From NCBI RefSeq assembly GCF_009914755.1, contig NC_060935.1: 64,000 nt of DNA, one strand, 5' to 3'. The position numbers and the translations under genes were made by a program. The notes beneath the pieces were generated by a model. The model was not told the DNA's origin, did no database searches, and saw nothing but the letters and a program-made list of their open reading frames with translations. This DNA is from the human T2T-CHM13v2.0 reference genome, Homo sapiens. Below, piece after piece: positions 15,599-32,639 of this stretch; the stretch's first letter is position 1, and each line of letters opens with the position of its first letter.

Positions 15599-16619
15599 TT
15601 TCTGGCTACTTAGACTCATAATTATTTTGATTTTTGCTGTGTTGTTGGGTGTATTAATTGGTCATTCCTTTATGTAGATGAGTAATATTCCATTACATGA
15701 ATATATCACAGTTTGTGTATTCTTTCACCTGTTGGTGAATATTTAGGTTTTTTGGCGTTTGAGCTATTACAAATAACATCATTTTGAACATTATTCCTTA
15801 AATACTTAGGAGTAGAATGGCTGCACCACATGGTGGGTATATGTTTAACTTTTTAAGAAACTATCAAACTATTTTCCAAAATGGTTATAGCATTTTATAT
15901 TCTCATCAACAGTACGTGAGAATATTTGTTCCTCAACATTCTTCCCAACATTTGATATGACCAGGCTTTATAATTTTATCCATACTAATAAGTGCATAGT
16001 GTTATCTTATTGTGGTATAAATTTTTGTTTTCCTAATGATTAATCATATTGAGCATCTTCTCCTGTACTTATCTGCAATCCTTATATCTTCTTTGATGAA
16101 ATGAGTGTTCATCAATATTTTGAACAAGCATGTTTTGAATAGTCATTTTATCAAAGAAGATGTATGGTTGGCAGATAGGTATAGGAGATGCTCAATATCA
16201 GTAATCATTAGGAAAGTGAACATTTATACCACAATAAGATACCACTATACACTTATTGGGTCATGTATCCTGTAAACACATAAACCACAAAAATTAAAAA
16301 TGACTAAAAGAAATGGCTTTTCATTTTGCTCATTTTAAAAACTGCATTGTTATTATTTTTTAAGAATTTCTCATCTACCCCAATTATAGGTAAATTATAT
16401 AGAAATTCTTCCAATCTGTGCCTTTTCTTTTCCATTCTCATTACAGAGCAAGTGTTTTTAATTTTGATGAAGTCCAACACAGTCATTTTTTCTTCTACTG
16501 ATCGTGTTTTGCTGTCGTGTATAAGAAACCTTTTCTAACATAAGGTCATGAATGGTTTTTCATGTTTTCTTATAGATATTTTATAGTTTTAGGTTTCACA
16601 TTTATATCTATAATTTTCA

Positions 16620-16928
16620 TTTTTTGAGATGGATTCTTGCTTTGTAACTCAGGATGGAGTGCAGTGGTGCAATCATAGCTTACTACAGTGCTGAACTCCT
16701 GGGCTCAAGCAATCCTTCTGCCTTGGCCTCCCGAGTAGCTGGGACTATAGGCAGGCACTACTGTGCCCAATTACCTGACTAAATTTTTTTATTATTAGTT
16801 TTTGTAAAGAGGCAGGGGGTAGTTTCACTTTGTTGCTTAGACTGGTCTTGAACTCCTGGCCTATAATGATTCTCTTGACTTGGCCTTCCAAAGTGCTGAG
16901 ATTATAAACACGAGCCACCATAACTAGC
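16620..16928 (-). mobile_element. AluJ
   Basis: J-type reverse dimer with gaactcctgggctcaagcaatccttctgcc. Confidence 0.9.
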
Positions 16929-16958
16929 TAAAATTAATTTTTAGTTAATTTTTATATA

Positions 16959-18094
16959 CATTCATACATCACTTAATGACAATGATATGTTCTGAGAAAG
17001 GTGCTGTTAGGCAATTTCATCACTGTTTGAACATCTTAGAGGGTGGTTATGCACAACCTACTAAATACATAAGCTATATGATATAGCTGGTTTCTCCTAA
17101 GCTACAAACCTGTACAGCATGTTACTGTACTAAATACTGTGGGCAATTATACAAAGGTGTAAGTATTTGTATATCTAAATGTAGACAAAGTACAGCAGAA
17201 GTGTGACATAAAAGGTTTTAAAATGGTATACTTCTATAGGATATTTACAATGAATAGAGCTTGCAGGACTGGAAGTTGTTCTGGGCAAGTCAGTGAGTGA
17301 GGGTGAGGGAATGTGATGGCCTAGGACATTACTGTATGCCACTATGACTTTATAAACAATACACCCTTAGGCTACACTAAATTTATAAAAAATATTATTT
17401 TTCTTTCTTCAAATTCACCATAGTTTACTGTAACATTTACTTTATAAACTTTTAATTTATTTTTAACTATTCAACTCTTTTGTAATAACACATAGCTTAA
17501 AACACAAGCACATTGTATAGCTGCACAAAATATTTTCTTCTTTATATTCTTATTCCATAATCTTTTCCTATTTTTTATTTTTTAAATGTTTTTGTTAAAA
17601 ACCAAGATACCTACACACATTAGCCTAGGCATGCACAGGGTGAGGATCATCAATATCACTGTCTCCCACCTCCACATCTCATCCTACCAGAAGGTCTTCA
17701 GGGGCAATAACACACGGAGCTGTTATCTCCTATGATAACAATACTTTCTGGAACACCTCCTGAAGGACTTGCCTGAGGATGTTTTACAGTTGACTTTTTA
17801 TTTCTTATAAGTAGAAGGAGTACACTCCCAAGTAATGATAAAAATATATAATAGTAAATACATAAACGTTATTATTTTCAAAATTATGTTGTATACATAA
17901 TTGTATGTGCCATACTTTCATGCAATTGGCAGTGCACAGGGTTTATTTACATCAGCATCACCACACATATGAGTAATGTGTTGCACCATGACATCACTAG
18001 GCAACAATAATTTTTCAGCGCCATTATAATGTGATGAGACCATTGTTGTATATGTGGACCATCGTTTACTGAATCGTTATGTAGCACATGACTC
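16959..18094. mobile_element. Tigger3b-like DNA transposon (~1.14 kb)
   Basis: Degenerate TIRs cattcatacatcacttaatgac... and ...gttatgtagcacatgactc, each flanked by TA. Internal sequence is Tigger3-like. Confidence 0.85.
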
Positions 18095-18186
18095 TACGTT
18101 GCAAGGTGTAGACTGAATTTTGGTGGGGAGGAAGGGCACGTGGATATAAAAATTTTTCAGTAGCATTTGTTAAAAAGCTTATCCTT

Positions 18187-19021
18187 TGGCATTTAGATTA
18201 TTTCCACCTCTTGGCTATTGCAGCTAATGCTGTGATGAGCATTGGGTACAGATACCTCTTTGATATACTGGTTTCATTTCCTTTGGATATATATCCAGAA
18301 ATAGGATTGCTGTATCATAAGGTAGTTTTATTTTTAATATTTTTAGGAAACTCCATCCTATTTTCCATAATGGTTGTAACAATTTACATTTCTACCAACA
18401 GTATACAGGGTTCCCTTTTCTCTACACCCTTGCCAACACGTCATCTCTTTCATCTTTTTGATAGTAGCCATTCTAACAGGTGTGAGATGATATCTCATTG
18501 TGGTTTTGATTTACATTTCTCTAATGGTTAGCAGTGTTAAGCACTTTTCATATATCTGTTGGACATTTGTATATCTTCTTTTGAGAAATGTGTATTCAAA
18601 TCCTTAGTCCAGGTTTTAGATATGTTATTATTTGTGTTTATGTGTGTATGTTTTAATTTTGCTATTGAGTTGTTTGCATTTGTTTTATGTTTTGAATTTT
18701 ATCAGATATATGGTTGCAAATATTTTCTTCCATTCCTTAGGTTGTCTTTTCACTCTGTTGATTGTTTCCTTTGCTGTGCATGAGCTTTCTAGTTTGATTA
18801 AATTCCTTGTCTATTTTTGTTTTCATTGCTATGCATTTGGGGTCATACCCCCCAAAAAATCATCGTCCAGGCCACTATCAGGAAGATTTTCCATATGTTT
18901 TCTTCCAGTAGTTTTATGTTTCTAGGTCTTATGTTTAAGCCTTTAATTCACGTTGAGTTGATTCTCGTCTATGGTGTGAAGTAAGGGTCCAATTTTATTT
19001 TTCCACATGTGGATATCCAGT
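18187..19021 (-). mobile_element. L1MA-like ORF2 3' fragment
   Basis: Reverse-strand ORF2 C-terminal region (tttgatagtagccattctaacaggtgtgagatgatatctcattgtggttttgattt), less diverged than the host L1M. Confidence 0.8.
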
Positions 19022-19256
19022 AAATGATACTAATGTATTAAAATTTTAGTTTCTAATTATTTACTGCTATTATATAGAAATACAATTCATTTTTCTATAA
19101 TTCATATCTTCTATTACAAAAATGTAATAAACTCACTAGAACTTAGTTTGTAAACACCACTGCTTTTCTAGAAAGACAATTATACCATCTGTTAATAGAG
19201 TTTTACTCCATTCTTTAAAATCTGGACATCACTTATTTTTTTCTTGACTTATTTCA

Positions 19257-19643
<387 letters not shown>

Positions 19644-19770
19644 GAGTTTCTGTCTATTTTTAGTTTGTGAGTCATTTCATCAAAAATTATTATAATAGGT
19701 TTTCTCATTAAAAAATATTATATGTTAATACAATTCCATGAATCAATTTTTGAATATTAAGCCAACCTTA

Positions 19771-21431
<1,661 letters not shown>

Positions 21432-22612
21432 AAAGGTATTATTAGATTTGATTTAAAAAATTTTGTTTAATATATTTACATCAGTGTTCATGAGGTCTAT
21501 ATGAGGTATATTGGGGTATAATTGTTTTGTTTGTTTGTTTGTTTGTTTGTTTTGTTTTCCATGAGATATTTTCGTCTGGTTTTGGTACCTGTAATTCTGT
21601 CTTCATTGATTGAATTAGGAAGTATTTCTACTTCTTTACTTTTCTGGTAGAGTTTACATAGAATTGATGTCTGTTTTTCCTTAAATGTTTGGCAGCAGTT
21701 CACCAGTGAAACCAATCTGGGCCTGGAGTTTTCTTTGTGGGAAAATTTTTAACTATAAATTCAGTTTAACAAATATAGGACCATTCATATTTTCTCTTTA
21801 TCCTCCAGTGAACATTGGTAGAATGTTAATTTCAATGAATTTTTTTCATTTTATCTAAATTAAGTCATAAAGTTGCTCATAGTATTTATTTTCTTTTTCA
21901 TATCTATAAAACCTGTAGTGATGTTGCCTCACCCATTCCTGATATTAGTAATTTGTATTGTTTCTCTTTTCTTTTTTTTCTGATCAATTTGATTTTTCAA
22001 TTTTATTGATCATTTAAAAGAAACAGGCTTTAATTTTATTGAATTTTCTCTATTGTGTTTCTGTCTTCTGTATCACTGATTTTCACTCTGGTCTATTATT
22101 TACTTTTTCTACTTACTTTGTGGTTAATTTGCTTTTCTTTTACAAATTTCTTGAGGTGGAAGCTGTGGCCATTGGTTTGTGGTTTTTTTCCCTAATATTT
22201 AATGCTAGAATATGTCCTTAAAATATTGTTTGAGGTATCTGAACTACGTGTTTTTTCCATTCTGACTCCGTTACCATATGATTGCTGGGAACAGTGTTCT
22301 GTTTTAAGTGGTTCTGTCCCGGGTCATGCGTGTTTGATGAATACTCCGCTGAATGCTCAGGAGGGAGCCTCTACACATCTCCAGCATTCTCTCTTCACGC
22401 AGTTCTCTCCTCTCTGATTCTGTGCTCTACAAACTCTAGCTTTGTTGACCTCTCTAAACTCAATTCCATTTTCTCACTTTAGAAGGGTCACATCTTTTAT
22501 TTCTTGTCTCTTGAGAATAATGTCTTCATTGTTTGAGGTCCAGTGTCTTGCAAACTTGTTTTCTGAATTTTGTCTGGTTTTGCTGCTGTTGTTATTTCAA
22601 GCAGGAGAGTAA

Positions 22613-22921
<309 letters not shown>

Positions 22922-23459
22922 TAACATACCTTGGGTTCAAATTCTAGTGCCTTAGGAGTTTGTAGAAAATTGGTCTTTTTAAATTAAGGGCTTTCTTCTG
23001 GGATCTCACTGAGTATTTTTTGACAGTGGATATTCATCATTGAAAACTGCCTGCACTAAACACTTACTTGAGTGGATAATTACAATCATTTCTTAAACTC
23101 TGGAATTTAAATAAGAAATGTGTAAAATTATTTCTCTCAAAACTTCCATAGCTGGGGCTTTGATATAGCTTTATGTTCTATTTCCTTAATGCTGACTCCA
23201 ACGTGGACAAACTTTCATTCCTTTGGCAATGAAACATATCAAAATACAAATAATTCAAGAATGGGTATTAAGCCAATAGTGTCACATGAAATTCTAATTA
23301 ATTTTGTCTGATATGAAGACACAAATGGGCTTCTGATCGGGATATTTTACTACATGCACTAGTATCATGTGATCAAAATTTTTCTTCAATGTCTGTTATT
23401 ATTGTTCTAGTATAGTCTTTCCTAAAGTATGGTGCTAATCAGTGTTAAATAATAATGTG

Positions 23460-26400
23460 AGTTCAGAGTTCTGAGAGTAAAAACTTGAACTCTACTTTTT
23501 CTATTCTCTCACTCAACAACAATCATCACAGAAGACTTCTGTGACCACATGTGTGGGGTTTTCTCCATGAATAAGCAAGCAATCAGTTCTGCAGCAAACA
23601 CCAGCTGAGTGTCCTCCAATTAAATTCTGATACTATCTACTTGGAGATGGCATCAGATCCCACAGGTTAATGGAGTCCTCACAAGACTACCCTCCCTCTT
23701 CCCACCAGTAATAAGTCTGGGCCTCCAGAAATTGTGACCAACCGGCTTGAAGGTGACATTCACATGACCTCTGGTTGGGTTCAGTTGATTTGCTACAGTG
23801 GCTCACAAAACTCATAGAAACTTACATTTACCAGTTCATTATAAAAGATATTACAAAGATACACATGAAGAGATGTATACAGTGAGGTATAGGGGGAGGG
23901 GTGTGGAGCTTCCACGCTCTCCCTGGGTGCATCATCCTCAGGAACCTCCATTAGTTCAGCTATTGGGAGGCTATCTGAACCCTCTCTCTTTGTAATTTAT
24001 AGAGATGCCGTTAATTAGACATGACTGACAATACTGTAAAAATATGATTGGACAAAAAGTGTAGATTCTTCTTGGCTTCTGTGTTGGGGGTTCTTGAATT
24101 GCTATAAAGAAATACTTGAGACTGGGAACTTAATAAGAAAAGAAGTTTAATTGGCTCACCGTTCTGCAGGCTGTACAGGAAGTATAGTACAAACATGTGC
24201 TTCTGGGGAGGCCTCAGGAAGCTTTTACTCATGGTGGAAGGTGAAGCAGGATCACACACATCACATGCCAGAGCAGGACCAAGAGAGAGAGTGGAGGCTG
24301 GGACAAGTGCCACACTTTACAATAGCTAGATCCTGTAAGAACTCACTCACTGTCATGAGAACAGCACAAAGGGGATGCTGCTAAACCATTCATTAGAAAA
24401 CTTCCACCATGATCCGATCACCTACCACCAAGACCCACCTCCAACACTGGGGATTACAATTTGACATGAGATTTAGAGAGGACACATTACCAAAATATAT
24501 TATGCTGCCCCTGGCCCCTCAAATCTCATATTCTCACATTGCAAAACACAATCACTTCTCAACAGTCCCCCAAAGTCTTAACTCATTCCTGCATCAACCC
24601 AATCAACAGTCCCAAGTCCAATGCCTCATCTCAGACAAGGCAAGTCACTTACACCTATGAACCTGTAAAATCACATAAGTTATTTACTTCCAAGATACAA
24701 TGGGGGTTTAGGCATTGGGTAAACATTCCCATTCCAAAAGGGAGAAATTTGCCAAAAGAAAGGGGCTACAGGACCCATTCAAGTTTGAAACCCAGTAGGG
24801 GAGTTATCCAGTCTTAAAGCTCCAAAATAATCTCTCTTGCCTCCATGTCCCACTTCTAGGGCATGTGGGTGCAAGGGGTGGGCTCCCACGGCCTTGGGCA
24901 GCTCTGCTCCTGTGGCTTTGCAAGGTTCAACCCATATGGCTACTCTCACGGGTTGAAGTTGAGTGCCTGTGACTTTTCCAAATGAAGGGTGAAAGTTGCC
25001 AGTGGATCTACCATTCTGGGGTCTGGATGATGGTGGCCCCCTTCTCACAGTTGCACTAGGCAGTTCCCTGGTGGGGACTGTTTGTGGGGGCTCCAAGCCC
25101 ACATTTCCTATCCACTCTTCCCTGGTAGTGGTTCTCTGTTGGGGCTCCAACCCTGCACCAGGCTTCTGCTTGGGCACCCAGTTTGTCTCATATAGCTTCT
25201 GAAATCGAGGTAGAGGCTGTCAGGCATTCTTCACTCTTGCAGTCTGCATGCCCACAGGCTTAACACCATGTGGAAGCCACCAAAGCTTATGACTTCCATT
25301 CTCCAAAGTGGCAGTGCAAGATGTATGTGTTCTCCTTTGAGCCACAGCTAGATCTTGAGTGGCCTGGATGTGGGTAACAACATTCTGAGGCTGCAAAGGG
25401 CAGCAGGGTCCTGGACCAGGCCCACAAAAGCATTCTTCCCTCCTAGACCTCTGGACCTGTGATGGAAGCAGCTGCCACAATGGTCTCTGAAATGCCTAAG
25501 CAGCCTTTCCCTCATTATCTTGGATAGCACTTGGTTCCCTTTTAGTTGGGCAAATATCTCTAGCAAGTGGTTGCTCCACAGCCTGCTTCAATTTATCACC
25601 TGAAAAAGATCTCTTTCTCTGCCACACAGTCAGGCTGTAAATTTTTCCAACTTTTATGTTCTTCTTCTCTTTTAAATATAAGTTCCAATTTTAGGTCATT
25701 TATTTGCTCCCACATCTGAGCACAGACAGATAGAAGCAGTGAGGCTACATCTTGAACACTTTGCTGCTTAGAAATTTCCTCAGCAAGATACTGTAAATCA
25801 TCACTCTTTAGTTCAAACTTGCACACATCTCTAGGGAATGAACAAAATGAGCCAAGCTCTTTGCTAAGACATGACAAGGATGACCTTTTCACTAGTTCCC
25901 AATAACTTCTTAATTTCTATCTGAGACTTTATCCGCCTGAATTTCACTGTCCGTATCACTATCAGCATTTTGGTCACTAACATTTAACTAGTCTCTAAGA
26001 AGTTCTAAACTTTCCCTTATCTTCCTGTCTTTTCCTGAGCTCCCCCAAATCTTTTGACCTCTGCTTGTTACCTGGTTCCAAATGTGCTTCCACATTTTCA
26101 ATTATCTTTATAGCAATGTCCCACTCCTTGATACCAATTTCCTGTGTTAGGTCATTTTTACATTGTTATTAAAAAATACCTAAGACTGGGTACTTTATAA
26201 GAAAAAAAATGTTTAATTGGCTCGTGGTTCTGCAGGCTGTGCAGGAAGCATAGCGCTGGCACCTGCTGCTGGGGAGGTCTCAGGAAGCTTTTACTCATTG
26301 CAGAAGGCAGAGCGAGAGCAGGCACATCATATGGCCAGAGCAGGAGCAAAAGACAGAGTAGGGTAGAGGTAAGGTGCCATGCTTTACAACAACTAGATCT

Positions 26401-26690
26401 GGTGAGAACTCATTCACTATTGCAAGAACAGCCTCAAGGGGATGGTGCTAAACTGTTCATTAGAACATATCCCCCATGATCTAATCACCTCTCACCAGAC
26501 TCCACATCCAACACTGGGGATTCCAATTCAACATGAGGTTTGAGCAGAAACAAATATCCAAACTATATCAGCCTTTCTGTGCAGCATTCCTTCCTCTAGA
26601 ATATGGAACAGGATCCCTTCTGAAGGAAGATCTTATGATCTACAATAAGATTAGGGAATAATCCCCAAAAATGTAACCATGGAATCCTTT
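23460..26690 (-). mobile_element. MER21-like LTR split by the MST insertion (pieces ~23460-24079 and ~26571-26690)
   Basis: acagaagacttctgtgaccacatgtgtgggg..caccagctgagtgtcctccaatt..gcatcagatcccacaggtt. Resumes after the MST with ctgtgcagcattccttcctc. Confidence 0.7.
24080..26570 (-). mobile_element. Full-length MSTA-like MaLR retrotransposon: LTR 24080-24502, internal 24503-26142, LTR 26143-26570
   Basis: Two homologous ~425-bp direct LTRs (tgtgtt...aattggctc..gttctgcaggctgt..caggaag...caaa.tatat.a) flanking a ~1.64-kb THE1/MST-type internal region. Polypurine tract ggggccaggggcagca on the minus strand beside the left LTR. Confidence 0.92.
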
Positions 26691-28639
26691 TCTCACACTA
26701 GATTACTGTTCTCTCCAAATACAATCTTGAAAATGTTAATGTGGTACAAGGATGAGGAATCTCAAATCTGGGTGTTAGCTGTAGCAGTTATTTAATTTAA
26801 TTTTATTTGGCTCTTAAAGTACTATTCCTGTATTCTAGCTACTCTCTCCCAAGCAATTCTTTTCTTTCAGTAGACTTTTTTTATTTTCCCCAGTCATATT
26901 TTCAGTTTGAGAGATACTCAAGTGTTCTGAGCTATGGCTAAGCCATTAATGAACATTTCAAAGGGCATAAAAGATGGCAGAAGACAACATTCTGATGCAT
27001 AAGGAAGTATCCTCTAACAACCCACTTCAAATACTAGTGAGACATATTCATCAGAGAGATTGTAGACAACTCTAGATTGAAACTTACTTTAAGAGAAGAA
27101 GAAACACTTCTAAGCTAGTGAGACTAACCTTTTTGAATATAAACTCTTTGAATGTGAAAAACTTGCACACATTCTACAAATATTATTTGTACTTTTAGTA
27201 TTTTTGATTTAGTAAGCACATAATGGCCATAAACAACTATGATTTCAATAATTCTTAATTTATGATTTTGTAACGGCAACAGTTTGTACATACACACAAG
27301 AATATGCAAGGCACACTTCAGTCCATGAACAATGGTCAGTTATATGTAGATTTTAGACCCAGGCAAAGTATCTACAGTGACCCAGAGTCCCTGCATCCCA
27401 CAAATTGGGGACTGCGGTCCTAGGTCCTCTAGCTTTTTAACACTATGAGAAATAAAGCAGCATTTATCTAACAACATTTATAAAATGCTTGCCTTATATT
27501 CAAGGCATTGTGATAGGGATTTGGAAAACAGAGATGATAAAGATAGCGCCTCTCCTTGAGACATTTATAATTTAATGGAGAAAGATGAATATAAAATGTT
27601 TGCATGCTGGTCTAACAATTTGAAAAATTCTACTTATTTGTTGATGTAATACAGCAAGAAAAAATTCTGTTGACTGTAGTTACTTCAGCATCTGTGGATG
27701 GTATCATTTTTCTTTCTGCAGTAAACTACTTTCTGTGTGGCAAAGTAACTTTATCCCAAAGCAGTTTTGGGTTCAAAAGGTGAGCATCTCTGTCCAAGGG
27801 TAGAATTTTTGAAGAATACAAGGAAACAAAGAAACAGCTAAATAGCTCTACACATGAAGTGGAGAGAAACTTGTGTTAGTGTGTAGAAATACTGAGAAGA
27901 GAGGAGGGAAAGATTACAGAGAAAGAAAGGGAGAGAATTAAGCACCACGGTGGCAAAAAGCTTGTAAAGGAGTGGGAGTGTGTACAGGAGAGCACTGTGG
28001 GGAAATGCTACAGGGAAAGAAATTTATTTTGGTCACTATATTAGTGACCAAAGGGTCACTTTTATAGGGGAGTGGTTGTTAAGGTAAACACTTAGACAGT
28101 AAAGCATTAATGTAAAGAAGTTCAAAAACCACAATGGTACATGAATTGTTAAGATAAACACACCCTGATAACCACCACTGAATCAATAAATGACATTGCT
28201 ACAACCCAGAGAAATCTCATTGCCAATGTACTTTTACATTGCTCTGAACCCGTTCATTTAATCTTCATTTTATTAACAGTAGTTTGGTACACATAGAGAT
28301 GGTTGTGTGCGTAGTTCCTTGGGGGAACAAAAAATGGGGAAGTATATCTGTGCTCAGTGTCTGGATTCCCTTGTAGCAAAAAGAAGACAAAAGGTAAATG
28401 AGGTGAAAAGTGAGAAAATTAAAGTCAAAGTAAGAACAGAAAACTGGAGCGATTAGAAACCATGAGAGTGTAAATTCATTGGAACTGATACATGTCTTGA
28501 AGTGGACTTTTCACTGAGCAAGATTTAGCATGTACAGAAACACAGGAGCTTAACTGGGCATGCAATTTTAAAATGAAAGATCACAATTCATGAAATGGTG
28601 GGAACACAGATTTCATGGGTTTAAGAAATAGGAGATGAG

Positions 28640-29220
28640 GCATAAAGAATATAAATGACCAATTTGAAGAGTTTTGACTGAGGCAGAGTTTGGCTTCCTT
28701 TTGTAGACATTGTAGAACCAAGGATGATCTTTAAGAATGGGAGTAACATTGATGAGATTTGCTCTTTAGGTGAAGACCTTTGAAACTAATTTTTAGTATC
28801 AAATGGGGAAGGAAAAAGCTGTTATCAAAAACATTAGATAGGGGGATTTTAATATTTAAGGTGAGGGACAATAAAAATTATACTGAAAACAGTAGAACAG
28901 AGACGTGAATTCAGGTAACAATGAAAAGGAGGGAACAGAAGTATAAAATGGTGTAACAATAGAATGAACACTATTTTGTCACCAGTTGGCTATGCGGATG
29001 GAAGAGGTGAGGACTACTCACTCCTACACCTTGAGATACAGCATGGATGAGTGTATCATTTACTTCAACTGGGGATATAAAAAGGAGGAACCTAAAGTTT
29101 GAGGTGGTGGTTATAGAAGTTATAATGAAGTTAATTTTAGATGTTTAAGTTTGAGATGCTTTTAGGAAATTTAGGTGAAAATGTCTGTTTGTTGTCTTAA
29201 GTGACACTCCTGGAAACTAC
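28640..29220 (-). mobile_element. L2 fragment
   Basis: Diverged L2-like sequence (ttttagatgtttaagtttgagatgct..ggtgaaaatgtc). Confidence 0.5.
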
Positions 29221-29977
29221 TGGAGATGACAGGGAGAAATTATAGAAAAGATACAATAAATGAATGTCAGCAAGTTACAGTATGGCTGTAAAGGAAACCA
29301 TCCTTAAAAAATAGAATAGCGTAGTTATTAGGAAACAGTTTTAACTTAATTATTTGTAGCTTACTTTATTACTGTTAAATATACTATTAGAGAAAAATTA
29401 TACTCTTAATACTTCTTATTACTTTTAATTTATTATTAAATTCGACTTATAATTTAAGTTTTCCATAATTGTGCCATTTAAGTAAAAATACTGAAGTCAG
29501 GCTCACTGTTAATAGTATATATTTCTGGACTCAAATAATACCAAGTAGTTAAAACATTTAAGGGCCATAGTAATATTTAGATTTAAGTTTTTAAATGCTT
29601 AGAAGGAAACAAAAATTAACAAGGCTACAAACACTTTAGGCATTGTAAGCGACAAGCTTTATTTATACAACAGCATTAGGATTTCAGAAGTAGCAACAAC
29701 TAAGAATAAAGAGTAGAGGAAGAACTGGTGTTAGGTAGGATGGAGAAGGAAGCAAATGAAAATTCCTTTACTGCATACTTGAAAAGGTGAAAGAAATGGG
29801 AAAGTCAAAAATCTTAAAGGCAGTGAAGATATATAGAAGCAACAAAGACAAAATGAACTAACACAAAGAGAAGAGCAGCAAAGAAGGAGGGTGTCATCAG
29901 CTTCTTTTGTTGCCTAGGATACTTGCAGGTTCTGACTGCAAAATTCAGTTTGAGGATCTCTCTTGGTTAAAATGAAG

Positions 29978-30445
29978 GAATGTTAATTTTCTAAGGTTGC
30001 CATTACAAAAAAAAAAAAAAAAACCACAAATTGGTTGGCTTAACACAGTAGAAATTTATTTTCTCCCAGTTCTGGAGGCTAGAAGTCTGAAATCAGGTGT
30101 CAGCAATGTCATACTCCCTCTGAGACTCTGGGTAGAATTCTTCCTAACTTCTGGTGATGACCGTCAATCCTTGATATTCCCTGGCTTGCTCCTGCATCAA
30201 TCCAGTCACTGCCTGTGTCATCCCATGGTGTCCTCCTTGTCTCCCTTTCTGTCTGTATGTCTCTTCCCCTCTTTTTATAAAGACATCTATCATACCGAAT
30301 TAGGGGCCTACCCTACTACAGTATGACTTCATCTTTATTAGTTATACTTGCAATGAGCCTATTTCTAAAGAAGATCATACTTTGAGGTTCTGGCAAAAGA
30401 CATGAATTGAGGAAAAGGTAGCAAGTGGTAATTCAACCCAGTATA
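29978..30445 (-). mobile_element. MLT1C-like MaLR solo LTR
   Basis: ccacaaattggttggcttaa..cagttctggaggctagaagtctgaaatcaggtgtcagc..ataaagacatctatcatac.gaattagggg..attcaaccca. Confidence 0.8.
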
Positions 30446-30520
30446 AGGCACTCCTTAAAAAAAGTATAAGACACTCCTTAGAAAAAGAAGAACCAGTAAT
30501 GCTTTTGGTTATTAAGATGA

Positions 30521-31782
<1,262 letters not shown>

Positions 31783-32149
31783 GATTTTCAAGAGAGATAT
31801 TCAAATCTCTCATTGTTTTGTAATATTTGTAAGAAAAGCTCACTTGAGGAATGTAGACTCCTCACACTTTAGTTGGCCTTTTCCTGAAGATATAGGCCAA
31901 ATTTTCTTTCTGAATCATAGAAAAAAGAAAAGACTACACAGAGAATAAGTCATATGTGTGACATGGTAAAATGGCTTAACAGCGGTGTAATTGGATAGTA
32001 GGAGTGGAGAGAGAAATGCAGCAGAAGGAATGTTTAAGAGGAAATTTTTAAACTGATGCAATTCTTTATTCTACAGGCTTAAGGAGCTCTGGAAAACCTA
32101 AGAAAGTAATATACAAAGGAAATAACACCAAAGTTCATTATGGTCATTA

Positions 32150-32625
32150 AAACTTAATATACATAATATATAATATATATATTATAATATATAATACATA
32201 TATTAAAATATATAATATATATTAAATATATATGTAATATTTTTATATGTGTAATATATGTTTATTACATATATACATACATGTGTATGTATATATTATA
32301 TATGTTATATATAATATCTATACACATATACACATATATGTATATATAGTATATATATCACACACATATGTATTACATATATATTATATATTATATATAT
32401 GTAATATATATTATACATTACATATTACATATATATGTAATACATATATTACATATTACATATACATAATATATTAAATATTACATATATTATGTATTAT
32501 ATATTATATATTGCATATATTATGCATTATATATTATATATGACATTTATTATGTATTATATATTATATATTACATATATACTATATATAATTTATATAT
32601 TACATATATATTATATATATGTAAT
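32150..32625. repeat. ~470-bp degenerate (TA)n / TATTACATA low-complexity tract
   Basis: Almost entirely A/T with recurring tattatata and tattacata units. Confidence 0.93.
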
Positions 32626-32639
32626 TTTAAAATTCTTGA

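Noticed and set aside
24011-26349. Dense ORFs suggesting a gene cluster
   Set aside because: All fall within the decayed MST LTRs and internal region, and none forms a continuous frame.
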